In this document: positions 36,719-44,620 of the stretch, piece by piece
Layout: every line of letters starts with the position of its first letter
Position numbering within the stretch: the first letter of the stretch is position 1
From: a virus
Taxonomy: Duplodnaviria > Caudoviricetes
DNA: 44,620 bases
Virus record (IMG/VR): IMGVR_UViG_3300021446_000049
Span: 1 to 44,620 of that record
Reading direction: 5' to 3' (one strand)
The notes under the pieces: generated by a model
What the model was told of the DNA's origin: nothing
Database searches by the model: none
What the model saw: the letters and a program-made list of their open reading frames with translations, nothing else
Made by a program: the position numbers and the translations under genes

Positions 36719-38026
36719 CTACCACCACGTTTTCTCCTTGTGCCAGCGGCGTTTACCACTGGGCGAAAACACATCGAGCTGCGCGGTCTTCGGCACCCCG
36801 GTAAACCCGTTGTCGAACTCGTACTTGTTCTGCGGCCCTACTGACCGGAGGAAGTTGACCTCACAGCCAACGCTATCGACCGTGTGAAGGATTTTGTACT
36901 TCTTCTTGTGGTGGATGTCGCCCAAGAACATCACGCGGAAGTCGGCTTCTGACCACCGTTCTTCGGCTTCGGTGGCCATATTCAAGGGTAAACGTTCAAC
37001 CCTTTTCTGACTCTTGGTCTCGTTGCCATGGCTGTACCCAAGAAGGACATCTCCTTCCAGGCGGTACTTTCTCTTTAGACGCCTGTGGTCTACGGACACG
37101 TCGTCGGCATTTCTGTAGACGTGACGAAGGACTTCCCCCAAGTAGAAGGTTTTGTCGGGCGCATGATTTCCCGGCACCATGATGACCTCCAGCTCATTGA
37201 GGATCTGCCGGGCAGCGTCAATGCAGCGCCGAACCATATCTAGCCCCGCCGAAAATGCTATGTGCCAGTCGATATTGACCTTCTGCGGGGTCCCGTTCTT
37301 TGTCATCATAAGGTCCCCGTTGGTGTTGAAAAGGTCGTGGCCCAGCGGGAAGTGGGCCTTCGTGACATTGTTCTCTTCGAGGATGTGGAGGAACTCGATG
37401 AAGGACTCCTCGAAGTTCCGAATGTTGTCCTGCATGGTCGCGTCACTGGCCTCTGCGGTTTCGGTGGCCAAGGCCAGCTTGTCAATGTGGGCGTCATAGA
37501 GGTTGATGATGCCCAAATTGCCCCGGTCTCGGACGTTTACGTTGGCCGCTCCCGTCACCGTAGGCGGCGTGTAGTTTTCGAAGTGATCCTCCAGAAGATC
37601 CAGAAGCGACTGCCTACTTTTCCCCTCCTTCTCGTTGTACTTCTGAACGATCGAGAAGCGGTGCTCTCCCGACATCGTTTGCCAGTACTTCACGCTGTCT
37701 ACCTCTTTTTCGGTAAGCCCGAGACTCTCTAAGTGCTCCTGGTAGGCGTCTTCAGCGGTCGGCGGAATATCGTCGTCCCTGGTGCTACTGGTGGACTTCG
37801 ATTCGTTTTCCGTAGACTCCTCTTCGGTTTCCGTGTGTTCATCGGCGGCGTGGTTTCCACCATATCGGTACTGCTCCTCTCGCCTGAGAATCTTCTTGGC
37901 CGTCTTCTTTGCCTCTCGTGCTTCGCCGAGGCGAATGCCCAGCCTGTCTGCTACTTTCTCGTCACCGCATTTTAGGTAGCTCTGTTTGTCAAGTAGAAAC
38001 TCGATAGGGTCGACATTGGAGGCCAT
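36719..38026 (-). CDS. Calcineurin-like metallophosphoesterase with N-terminal HTH-like region
   Basis: YDAHID, LGHDLFN, VPGNHA, YSHGN, LGDIHH motifs; N-terminal YLKCGDEKVADRLGI HTH-like segment. Confidence 0.85.
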   Translation of the reverse strand: MASNVDPIEFLLDKQSYLKCGDEKVADRLGIRLGEAREAKKTAKKILRREEQYRYGGNHAADEHTETEEESTENESKSTSSTRDDDIPPTAEDAYQEHLESLGLTEKEVDSVKYWQTMSGEHRFSIVQKYNEKEGKSRQSLLDLLEDHFENYTPPTVTGAANVNVRDRGNLGIINLYDAHIDKLALATETAEASDATMQDNIRNFEESFIEFLHILEENNVTKAHFPLGHDLFNTNGDLMMTKNGTPQKVNIDWHIAFSAGLDMVRRCIDAARQILNELEVIMVPGNHAPDKTFYLGEVLRHVYRNADDVSVDHRRLKRKYRLEGDVLLGYSHGNETKSQKRVERLPLNMATEAEERWSEADFRVMFLGDIHHKKKYKILHTVDSVGCEVNFLRSVGPQNKYEFDNGFTGVPKTAQLDVFSPSGKRRWHKEKTWW

Positions 38027-38043
38027 TGCTGGTTGGCTGTTGG

Positions 38044-38700
38044 TTAAAGGGAAAAAAGAGGCCTCAACAGCGTGACCTGATGCTTCATCACGAAGGGATT
38101 CACCTGATAGACGACACTGAACTTCCCCGGAAATCGGACGCCGGCCCCCACGTACCCATCGAGGTGGACAGCATTTGCGGCCACGCTTCCGGCCCCCAAG
38201 ACTTCCAGTCGAGGACGCTGTATGCGCGTGGTATTTCGAGAAATCCGGCTGGTCACTGTTCTATCAATGGTCCACTTCTGGACGCTCAGATCAACAGTCT
38301 GTTGAAGTAGCTCGCCCCGCACCACGGAGGTTATGCTTCCGTTGATGCGGGGCTGAGTGATGGTCCTGTTGTACGAAAGTACGGGCTCTGTCTTCGACAC
38401 ATAGACGGTGTCATGCTCCACAGAATCCCTTTTCATTGGCGCACCCGCCAACGTGGTCGGGCACGTAAAGACTGTATCCGTCGTGGCTTCCTGGAGGGTG
38501 TCGGAGGGTTGGACACCGGACAGAAACCACTGTATGTCCGTCAGGCTTTTGGTGGTATCGGTGCTGACAGACCGCGTAGAGTCTACCGTCGTCTGGACTT
38601 CACCTGTAAACGGGGAGGTGAAGAAGAGCGCGGCGGAAAGAATGACGATCAGGAGCGCTTGTGCTCCTGCAATTCGCAAAAGCCATTTCGAGTTAATCAT
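38044..38700 (-). CDS. Membrane-anchored protein, spanin candidate
   Basis: N-terminal TM helix, T/D/V-rich extended region (DTVF, HDTVYV), C-terminal amphipathic beta strands ending ..RPLFSL. Confidence 0.55.
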   Translation of the reverse strand: MINSKWLLRIAGAQALLIVILSAALFFTSPFTGEVQTTVDSTRSVSTDTTKSLTDIQWFLSGVQPSDTLQEATTDTVFTCPTTLAGAPMKRDSVEHDTVYVSKTEPVLSYNRTITQPRINGSITSVVRGELLQQTVDLSVQKWTIDRTVTSRISRNTTRIQRPRLEVLGAGSVAANAVHLDGYVGAGVRFPGKFSVVYQVNPFVMKHQVTLLRPLFSL

Positions 38701-39202
38701 TGTAGACGTATTTGGTCACAAAGGTCGTGGTCTCGACGGCCTGTATCCAGTGTCGGTTTCCACGAGACACCAGATACCAGCCCTCGACGTTGGACTTGTG
38801 AATCATGTCGATCTTCTGCTCGACCTTCTCTGGCGGCACCAGAATGTCTCCATCGTAGGTTCCTTTCGACCAGTTGATCAGCTTCCCCGTGACCGGATAG
38901 ATGAACTGATCGAAGGTCGGATGGGAGTGTTCTTGAATGGCCGCTCCCTGCTCCATCTCGCAGTGAGCCAAAAATAGACTATCGTCGGGGTGGGCGTCGA
39001 ACTTGCTCCACACCACTCTTCCGATGGTCAGCCTCTCGACCTGTGTGAGGAAATCTTCCGGAAAGTCATCGGTAAGGTCGATAGAACGTTCAGGACCTTC
39101 TTCGTCCCTAATCTTTTGCTTCAACCCTTCCATCGTCTCTTCGACTTCAGATTCAAGGGTTTTCGTATCCTCGCTGAACGACTGGAAAAATAGGCCAAGC
39201 AT
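38693..39202 (-). CDS. Cupin-domain protein
   Basis: Motif 1 GAAIQEHSHPTFDQFIYPVTGKL and motif 2 VSRGNRHWIQAVE. Confidence 0.8.
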   Translation of the reverse strand: MLGLFFQSFSEDTKTLESEVEETMEGLKQKIRDEEGPERSIDLTDDFPEDFLTQVERLTIGRVVWSKFDAHPDDSLFLAHCEMEQGAAIQEHSHPTFDQFIYPVTGKLINWSKGTYDGDILVPPEKVEQKIDMIHKSNVEGWYLVSRGNRHWIQAVETTTFVTKYVYND

Positions 39203-39204
39203 GG

Positions 39205-39510
39205 TTAGTTGGAAATCTCGTCTTGAAGATCTTCGATTTCCCCCTGCACCTTGTCCAGCGTGCGGTTTACGTCCTTGATGTCGTTCCTCATGGGCGTGAA
39301 CATTTCCATCTTGGACTCGACCATCTGCATCAGTCCCAGCATCTTCTGGAGATGGTCATAGTGGCGCTGCTCCAACTTCCGGTTTTTCTTCCACAAGAGG
39401 TAGGCGATGGCCCCAAGGACGAAGATCAGAGCACCGTAAGCCGCCCCGGAATAGGGATCAACTTTGAGCGCCTTTTCCGCTAACTTGGTGCTCTGAAGCA
39501 AGAGGAACAC
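39205..39510 (-). CDS. Single-TM membrane protein with coiled coil, holin candidate
   Basis: AAYGALIFVLGAIAYLLWKKNRK TM then coiled coil; GTG at 39510 preferred because the track TTG at 39546 lies in the terminator U-tract. Confidence 0.55.
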   Translation of the reverse strand: MFLLLQSTKLAEKALKVDPYSGAAYGALIFVLGAIAYLLWKKNRKLEQRHYDHLQKMLGLMQMVESKMEMFTPMRNDIKDVNRTLDKVQGEIEDLQDEISN

Positions 39511-39544
39511 ACGCAGACCTGTCGGCAGAAGAGTAGTGAACAAC

Positions 39545-39595
39545 AAAAACCCCCCGCCCCCCTGGGTGTGACCAGGACCCAGGGGGAACCGGAGG
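39545..39595 (-). terminator. Rho-independent terminator after auxiliary capsid gene
   Basis: mRNA stem CCCCCUGGGU/ACCCAGGGGG with extended G-C pairing, followed by UUUUUG. Confidence 0.8.
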
Positions 39596-39603
39596 AACAG
39601 GAC

Positions 39604-40518
39604 TTAGAAGCTGACGCCCTGGTTCTCGAAGAAGGAGTTCAGGTGCGTGAAGTCGTTGGGCGTTTCGAAGGCCAACTTAATGTCCTGGAACTTGTTGGCC
39701 GGATTGATGGCCTCATCGTAGTTGGTCTCCACCCGAAGGGTGATGAGGTTGTAGTCTCCATCCGGGTCCGCGAAGACCTTCGGATCCGGTTGGCGACCGA
39801 GAATGCCGTCATCCACCTGTGTCCGCCCGAGGATCCCGAAGACATTCTCTTCCATCTCCACGACCTGCTCTCCAGTACCGCTTCCGGGGGTGGGATCGGT
39901 ATCCCGCGTGACCGTCGCCTCAAGGTCCCCAAGGATGGCGACGTGGAAGATGTCACCGGCGTTATCGGCTTCGAGAACGAGATTGTCACTGCCGTTCACG
40001 GAGGCAGTAACGTCGACGTCGCCCTCACCGTTGACGCCATCCTCCAGCTCGTTGATCCGATCGCGGAGCTTGGAGGAAATGTCGTTCTTCGTCATCGAGG
40101 AGTCGGCCTGGAAGGTGATGCTCTGCCGATCATACGGATAGGTGTTCTGCTCCACCGAGGAGATCTTGATGCCGACGACCGTCTCTTCGGAAACCGTCTC
40201 CGGGGCCACAATCGTCTTTTGCAGCGAGGGGGCCTGGTAGGAAAGAGAACTGACTTCCGTTTCTCCGGCGACAAAGGGATTGGTTCGGCGGGGAGCCTCT
40301 CCCTCTTCGGTTCCAAGAACCGCGATAATACGGCCCTGGTCCTCAAACTTCGCGTTGTTGGTGTCGTTGAGATTGATCGAGTTGCCAGCGGAAGTGGCCG
40401 GGAAGAAGGCAAGCACGCCCTCGGGAACGTCGGAAGGGGTGTCAAAATCGCCGTTTCCACTTGCACCACCGATTTCTCCGGCTGCGTCGTTGTGCGTAAG
40501 GACTGTGTTCAAAGCCAT
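39604..40518 (-). CDS. Auxiliary capsid / head decoration protein (crAss001 gp36-like)
   Basis: 304 aa after two ring genes; PTPGSGTGEQVVEMEE..G..GR motif; followed by a strong terminator as expected for an abundant protein. Confidence 0.7.
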   Translation of the reverse strand: MALNTVLTHNDAAGEIGGASGNGDFDTPSDVPEGVLAFFPATSAGNSINLNDTNNAKFEDQGRIIAVLGTEEGEAPRRTNPFVAGETEVSSLSYQAPSLQKTIVAPETVSEETVVGIKISSVEQNTYPYDRQSITFQADSSMTKNDISSKLRDRINELEDGVNGEGDVDVTASVNGSDNLVLEADNAGDIFHVAILGDLEATVTRDTDPTPGSGTGEQVVEMEENVFGILGRTQVDDGILGRQPDPKVFADPDGDYNLITLRVETNYDEAINPANKFQDIKLAFETPNDFTHLNSFFENQGVSF

Positions 40519-40539
40519 GGTGACTGTTGGTAAAGGGAG

Positions 40540-41295
40540 TTATTCATCTGATGGTGAACGCTGCGGCCTCTTCTGGAGGAAGAGGCGTACAGCGCGGTTC
40601 ACAAGCTCTCGATGTAGATCATCGGGAAGCTCGCTTGTCTGCCCAGTCCCCTCGATAGTGATCGTCTTAGGCGACCGGATATAGTTGATGATAATGCGGT
40701 CCACTATGAACTCGCTTGTGGTATAGACATTTATCCGATCATTGTTTAGATCGGAAAGTGGCCTATGATGCACAGGTTCGTGGAATGGATCGGTTGCCAT
40801 TGAATACAACCGTTGTCCCTGCGTCATCTTCAGCGGGACCGTCTTCTCATCGTAGCTTTGGCTGGGGGCTGCTATGCGCTTATCGTAGTCAGTCCCGTCG
40901 TAGGTCGCCGTGGTGATGTCCCATGTAAAGTCTTCTCTGCGCCCGTTCTTGAAGTCCGTAGAGACATGGAGGACGCCCCTCGCGCTCACCAGATGTAGGT
41001 AATCGGAAGGCAGAAAGGTCTCGTCGGACTCAATCCCCTTTACGGCGGCCTCGACGCCCCCGTAAATGGTCTCCGTCTCACAGTCTTGCCTGTAGAATAC
41101 GCGAAGGTCGTCGATCAAATCCTGGGACTGCTCGAACCCTTGCACAGACGTTCGCTTTCCCGCAAACTTGTCCTTGACGAAGTTCTCCTGGGCGCGATTC
41201 AGGAAGTACAGAATGTCTTTGGTCTCCACCTGTGGCACGCGATCCTTCTGGTGGATCTCCGTCTGGAAGGCTCGAATAAGCTCATGAACGTCCAT
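40540..41295 (-). CDS. Ring protein (crAss conserved structural)
   Basis: ILYFLNRAQENFVK..GFEQSQ..IDDLR..LPSDYLHLV..DPFHEP..INYIRSP..SELPDDLHRELV..AV. Confidence 0.82.
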   Translation of the reverse strand: MDVHELIRAFQTEIHQKDRVPQVETKDILYFLNRAQENFVKDKFAGKRTSVQGFEQSQDLIDDLRVFYRQDCETETIYGGVEAAVKGIESDETFLPSDYLHLVSARGVLHVSTDFKNGRREDFTWDITTATYDGTDYDKRIAAPSQSYDEKTVPLKMTQGQRLYSMATDPFHEPVHHRPLSDLNNDRINVYTTSEFIVDRIIINYIRSPKTITIEGTGQTSELPDDLHRELVNRAVRLFLQKRPQRSPSDE

Positions 41296-42239
41296 TACTC
41301 GTCACCCTTTTGGTTTTTGTCTGAGGACGCTTGAGGGAGGTCCCTTTTCAGGAGCATCACGGTCATGTCGATGATCCGCTGATGCGTCTCTTCGGGAAGG
41401 TCCAGGGTCTGAGGCTGTTGGTCCACAGTCTTGTTGAGCGTGGCACTGGGATCGGTGGGCACGTCTACCCCAATGCTTGAGGCAGAGAGGTGACTGTTGT
41501 ACCCCGAAAGAAGAATGCTGTCCGGAGAAGAGCTTCCGACCACCAGTCCAGTCTCGTTGTAGACCTTCTGTCCCTTCTCGTCTATGAACTTCTGGACGCT
41601 CTTTGCGGCGGTGCTATCCCAGACCAGGGTGTAGGCAGTGCCGTCAATCAGAATGTCGGAGTCGTTGGATCCAGTGCCGCTTCCCACCTCGATCTCCACC
41701 GCCATCTCCGAAGACACAGGCTGGAAGGTTTTCAGGTACGTCAGCATGAAGCCTTCCGGGTCCTGCATCATGTCCGCTGCACGGATCACCCAGAGGTAAC
41801 CGTCCTTTTCCGTGACCGGAGGACGACGAAAGTGGGGCTTGTTGTAGGTCGTCTGCGCGTGTTCGAGAAAGGCGTCCGTCGTCATCTTCCGGCAGTTGGC
41901 CGTGTATCCATCCCCCATCAGGCGTCCAGCGATAAAGTACTCGTAGTCGGGGACCAGCGAGAGGTCCATCTTGTGGCCTCTCTCTACGTCCGTTAGGGAA
42001 CTGATGTCTATTTGATCGAAGTGGTGGACACCGATCAGCGTCCGAAGGTTGTCGTGGGCCTCCTCTGCCTGCGCATTTGAACGCTCTTCCCGAATGATCG
42101 GCCTGTTCTTGTTGACGAACTGCCGGATGGCGCGGTTGATGTAGTAGTCCAGCTCCTCCGCAAGGAAGTTGTCCAGCGTCTGCGCGGCCACAGACTGAAA
42201 CTGTGTCCGGACCCCTCTATGGAGTTCACGTACCGTCAT
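41295..42239 (-). CDS. Ring protein paralogue with ~90-aa inserted domain
   Basis: MTVRELH..FLAEELDYYINRAI..DNLRTLI..YNKPHFRRP..LTYLK [insert] LDLPEETHQRIIDMTV. Confidence 0.82.
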   Translation of the reverse strand: MTVRELHRGVRTQFQSVAAQTLDNFLAEELDYYINRAIRQFVNKNRPIIREERSNAQAEEAHDNLRTLIGVHHFDQIDISSLTDVERGHKMDLSLVPDYEYFIAGRLMGDGYTANCRKMTTDAFLEHAQTTYNKPHFRRPPVTEKDGYLWVIRAADMMQDPEGFMLTYLKTFQPVSSEMAVEIEVGSGTGSNDSDILIDGTAYTLVWDSTAAKSVQKFIDEKGQKVYNETGLVVGSSSPDSILLSGYNSHLSASSIGVDVPTDPSATLNKTVDQQPQTLDLPEETHQRIIDMTVMLLKRDLPQASSDKNQKGDE

Positions 42240-42259
42240 AGCCTCTCAAAGACATTTCT

Positions 42260-42287
42260 GTTATAGCGCGTGCGCGGGCGCATGAAA
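42260..42287 (-). promoter_or_regulatory. Possible promoter (-10 TATAAC after GC-rich spacer)
   Basis: Minus strand tttcat-gcgcccgcgcacgcgc-TATAAC about 20 nt upstream of the ATG at 42239; -35 is poor. Confidence 0.3.
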
Positions 42288-42291
42288 GTCC

Positions 42292-42516
42292 TTACTCTCC
42301 GCTGTTCGCGCTGTCAATGGCGAGCACCACCGCAGAGACGAGCACCGCAAACGAGATGGCCGCAATGAAGAGGGACTCTACGGTGCCATCCACACCCTTG
42401 CTGGCGAAGAAGGACAGGACCGCCGCCCAGCAAAGCACGCCGCCGAGGTTGATCCACCCGTTAGGCGTAACCTGACCGAAGTTGAGACGACTGAGAATGT
42501 TGCTTGAGGTTGCCAT
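42292..42516 (-). CDS. Small two-TM membrane protein
   Basis: 74 aa; hydrophobic WINLGGVLCWAAVLSFFA and LFIAAISFAVLVSAVVLAI; typical C/A-rich leader. Confidence 0.72.
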   Translation of the reverse strand: MATSSNILSRLNFGQVTPNGWINLGGVLCWAAVLSFFASKGVDGTVESLFIAAISFAVLVSAVVLAIDSANSGE

Positions 42517-42548
42517 GGTTGATGTCGTTGGTGTTGGGAAAAAGGGGT

Positions 42549-42580
42549 TTTCAGGTAAAAGACGAGCTTTCAGGTAAAAG
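42549..42580. repeat. Perfect 13-bp direct repeat TTTCAGGTAAAAG x2
   Basis: Copies at 42549-42561 and 42568-42580 in an intergenic gap. Confidence 0.85.
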
Positions 42581-42595
42581 CGGTGCTTGTTGAAC

Positions 42596-43408
42596 TTACC
42601 GCTTTGCCTCTTCCAGCTTGGCCCGGAGGGTGTTCACGTCAGAGCTGTTGCGCTTATTCTTGAACCACGCAACCGCCTCCTCCATTGTGGCCCCGATCAC
42701 TTCGTCCATGTACATGATTTGGTTGCCGACCTTGCGGAGAATCTCGTGCTCAAGCATTTGGAGGATTTCGGCCTGATGCTCCAGATTCTCGTCCTGAGCG
42801 GTCTTGATGAACTTCTTGGGATCGTTGCTGAGGACGGTATCAAGCTGATTTTCCTTCTGGGCGTCGGTCATCTTCTCCGGGCGCTGCTGGGTAAGAACGC
42901 GGATCATGAGGTCCATCTTGTCCTCGTCTTCCTTCATCTTCGCAAACTCGGTGTAGGCCTGCGTCCGAAGCTGCACCTTCTGATTTTCCTTCTTTTCCAC
43001 ACGTTCGGGGTCGTGGATCCAAAAGTCCTTGTTGGGGTCGGACTCGGCTTCCTCTTTGCTGTCGGCCACCAGAGGGTGCTTCTGCGCCCACTGAAAGGTA
43101 ATCCAGTCGTTGAGATTGATCGGCTCCCCGTTGTTCTCGCCGACTTCCAGGCGAAGGCCACCGGAGGGAATCTTGTGGCTTTTTTCGGCCCAGAACTGTT
43201 GGACTTTCTCTCCAAACTCGCGGTGATCCGGGGACACGCCGATGATGTGGGGTAGATACTCCTTCTCTTCGGCGAAAGTGAGGCCGGAGAGGGGCCGCTG
43301 ATTGTCGAGCACCGAAGAGAGCTTTTTGGTCGCTTCCGAGAGGATCGCAGGCGGAAGGTGCGAGTTTCGATTCTCAACCCGCATGATACTAATCTCGTGA
43401 GACGGCAT
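42596..43408 (-). CDS. Conserved crAss-like protein encoded directly downstream of the major capsid gene
   Basis: PLSGLTFAEEKEYLPHIIGVSP..FW..PINLNDWI...WA..HPLVA..F.I.DP..DPKKF pattern and synteny. Confidence 0.8.
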   Translation of the reverse strand: MPSHEISIMRVENRNSHLPPAILSEATKKLSSVLDNQRPLSGLTFAEEKEYLPHIIGVSPDHREFGEKVQQFWAEKSHKIPSGGLRLEVGENNGEPINLNDWITFQWAQKHPLVADSKEEAESDPNKDFWIHDPERVEKKENQKVQLRTQAYTEFAKMKEDEDKMDLMIRVLTQQRPEKMTDAQKENQLDTVLSNDPKKFIKTAQDENLEHQAEILQMLEHEILRKVGNQIMYMDEVIGATMEEAVAWFKNKRNSSDVNTLRAKLEEAKR

Positions 43409-43440
43409 AATAGTAAGTGCTTTTGTGAGCTTGACAGTAA

Positions 43441-43483
43441 CATATAAAGAGACCCGGCGGGAGATGATCCCACCGGGCCTCTT
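43441..43483 (-). terminator. Rho-independent terminator after major capsid gene
   Basis: mRNA AGAGGCCCGGUGGGA-ucauc-UCCCGCCGGGUCUCU followed by UUAUAUGUU. Confidence 0.8.
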
Positions 43484-43541
43484 AGTCTGCCCTTCAACGA
43501 TTAGAAGGAAGTGAATTCAAGCGCTAGTCCGCCGCTAACGC

Positions 43542-44618
43542 TTACGCACGGATGCACTGGAGGTCCAGAGATGTGTCAAACCGTTTCAGGCAGACTCCAC
43601 CCTGCTTGAGGAAGTGGACGGACGCCCCATCAATATCCGATGCGCGACTGGTGCTCTTGTCGAAGCCACGGGGAACCGTGGAACCGGGCACTGCCCACCG
43701 CTTCATTTCACGACCTTCCTTGTTGATCATCTGGACGTTGGCCTCGCCCTTGTACGAGGAGGTGTCCAGGAAGACCATGCGGTAGGATTCGAGGCTGTAG
43801 CCCGTTTCCGGATGCTGCCTACGGGCATTGGCTACAGGCCCGTGATCGAAGAGGGGGTTGGTGACCACCTGAATCATGTGACCATCCACGTGACGGTAGC
43901 TGGTGAAGTACCCGGTGAGTTCGAGTTCGGTACCCTCTCCGGTAACGAACTTGCCATTGTCGAGCAGGGTGTAGCCCAGGTTCCCAAGCTCGTTCTTCAT
44001 GGCACGATCGAACTCACGGCGACCACCTGTTCCTGTATACAGCGTGACCTGCTTCTGATCGGCATCCGTCATGCCGTAGAAGAGGTCCCCGATCGTGTTG
44101 TGGATCTTATCCGCCGTGAGCCGGCTGTAGGTATCCTTGTTCACGATCTGCTGGAGCACGCCGGGAGCAACGTTGACCGGCTGGCCGTTTTCGTCCTTCA
44201 GCGGCGTAATGCCGTCCTCGTTGTAGGACTGCTCGGCGTACCAGAGAAGCATCTCCTTCTCTTTTTGCCACTGAAGCATCTTCTGCCACTCCTCGTAGTC
44301 CATCCACATGTTCGACGTGCCGCCACCCTGCGAGGGAAGCTGCACCTCCATGACCGTGTTCTTTGCCTCTCCCGAAAGCTGATACGACTTCCGGATCGTG
44401 GTCAGCTTGTGCTTGATCTTGTGGGGAGCCGACCAGTTCGAGGCATTTCCACGGCTGAAGTCCTTGCCGACCGGCGCAAAGAGCTGGCCCCACTCCGCGC
44501 CCGCCTGGAGGTCCTCCGAGGGCACGATCGTCGAGGGGTCCGGGTCCACGAGCTGAAGGGTGTAGTCGTAGTTTGAGCCATTGGGCACCGGCTCCCGCAT
44601 GATGCGGGCCTGCACGCC
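43542..44618 (-). CDS. Major capsid protein, crAss-like (5' end outside window)
   Basis: YTLQLVDPDP..FAPV..DFSRGN..LTTIRKSY..WMDYEEW..GVLQQI..TGTGGRREFD..GYFTSYRHVDGH..NPLFDHG..HPETG..ESYRMVFLD..G; frame is open to the window edge. Confidence 0.92.
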   Translation of the reverse strand, partial: GVQARIMREPVPNGSNYDYTLQLVDPDPSTIVPSEDLQAGAEWGQLFAPVGKDFSRGNASNWSAPHKIKHKLTTIRKSYQLSGEAKNTVMEVQLPSQGGGTSNMWMDYEEWQKMLQWQKEKEMLLWYAEQSYNEDGITPLKDENGQPVNVAPGVLQQIVNKDTYSRLTADKIHNTIGDLFYGMTDADQKQVTLYTGTGGRREFDRAMKNELGNLGYTLLDNGKFVTGEGTELELTGYFTSYRHVDGHMIQVVTNPLFDHGPVANARRQHPETGYSLESYRMVFLDTSSYKGEANVQMINKEGREMKRWAVPGSTVPRGFDKSTSRASDIDGASVHFLKQGGVCLKRFDTSLDLQCIRA

Positions 44619-44620
44619 GC

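Noticed and set aside
43431-43460. Plus-strand TTGACA as a -35 box
   Set aside because: No -10 at 16-18 bp spacing (falls in the terminator stem) and no plus-strand gene downstream.
4891-44576. Long plus-strand ORFs (e.g. 4891..5778, 9333..10292, 30788..31789, 39568..40533, 43614..44576)
   Set aside because: Antisense shadows of GC-rich acidic minus-strand genes; L/V-rich translations without recognisable motifs.
1-44620. Stop-codon reassignment (TAG or TGA) as in some crAss-like phages
   Set aside because: Giant ORFs are intact in the standard code and TAG stops are directly followed by the next start (514, 17433, 33631, 34656).

Overview
Late (virion) gene module of a crAss-like (Crassvirales-related) podophage, all on the minus strand in the standard genetic code. 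From right to left: major capsid protein (5'-truncated), conserved post-capsid gene, ring/tail-tube proteins, auxiliary capsid protein, an inserted holin/cupin/spanin-like/metallophosphoesterase/PAS cluster, IHF-like protein, about 10 kb of fibre/adhesin genes, an amidase endolysin, an enlarged muzzle (tail stabilisation) protein, and five ejection/cargo proteins including a 2520-aa single-chain virion RNA polymerase (DFDVD) with a C-terminal zincin domain. Very acidic proteins, SD-less C/A-rich leaders, SprB-type repeats and a peptidoglycan amidase suggest a halophilic Bacteroidota/Rhodothermota host such as Salinibacter (inference). Most striking observation: the consecutive giant cargo proteins are Cys-free except for single Cys residues at facing termini, suggesting a head-to-tail linked ejection chain. 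Also notable: nested sheath-like domains in the muzzle, a PAS and cupin pair among lysis genes, a candidate inverted unimolecular spanin, and an AUG-sequestering hairpin. All family calls come from motif recognition and synteny by eye; no database searches were run.
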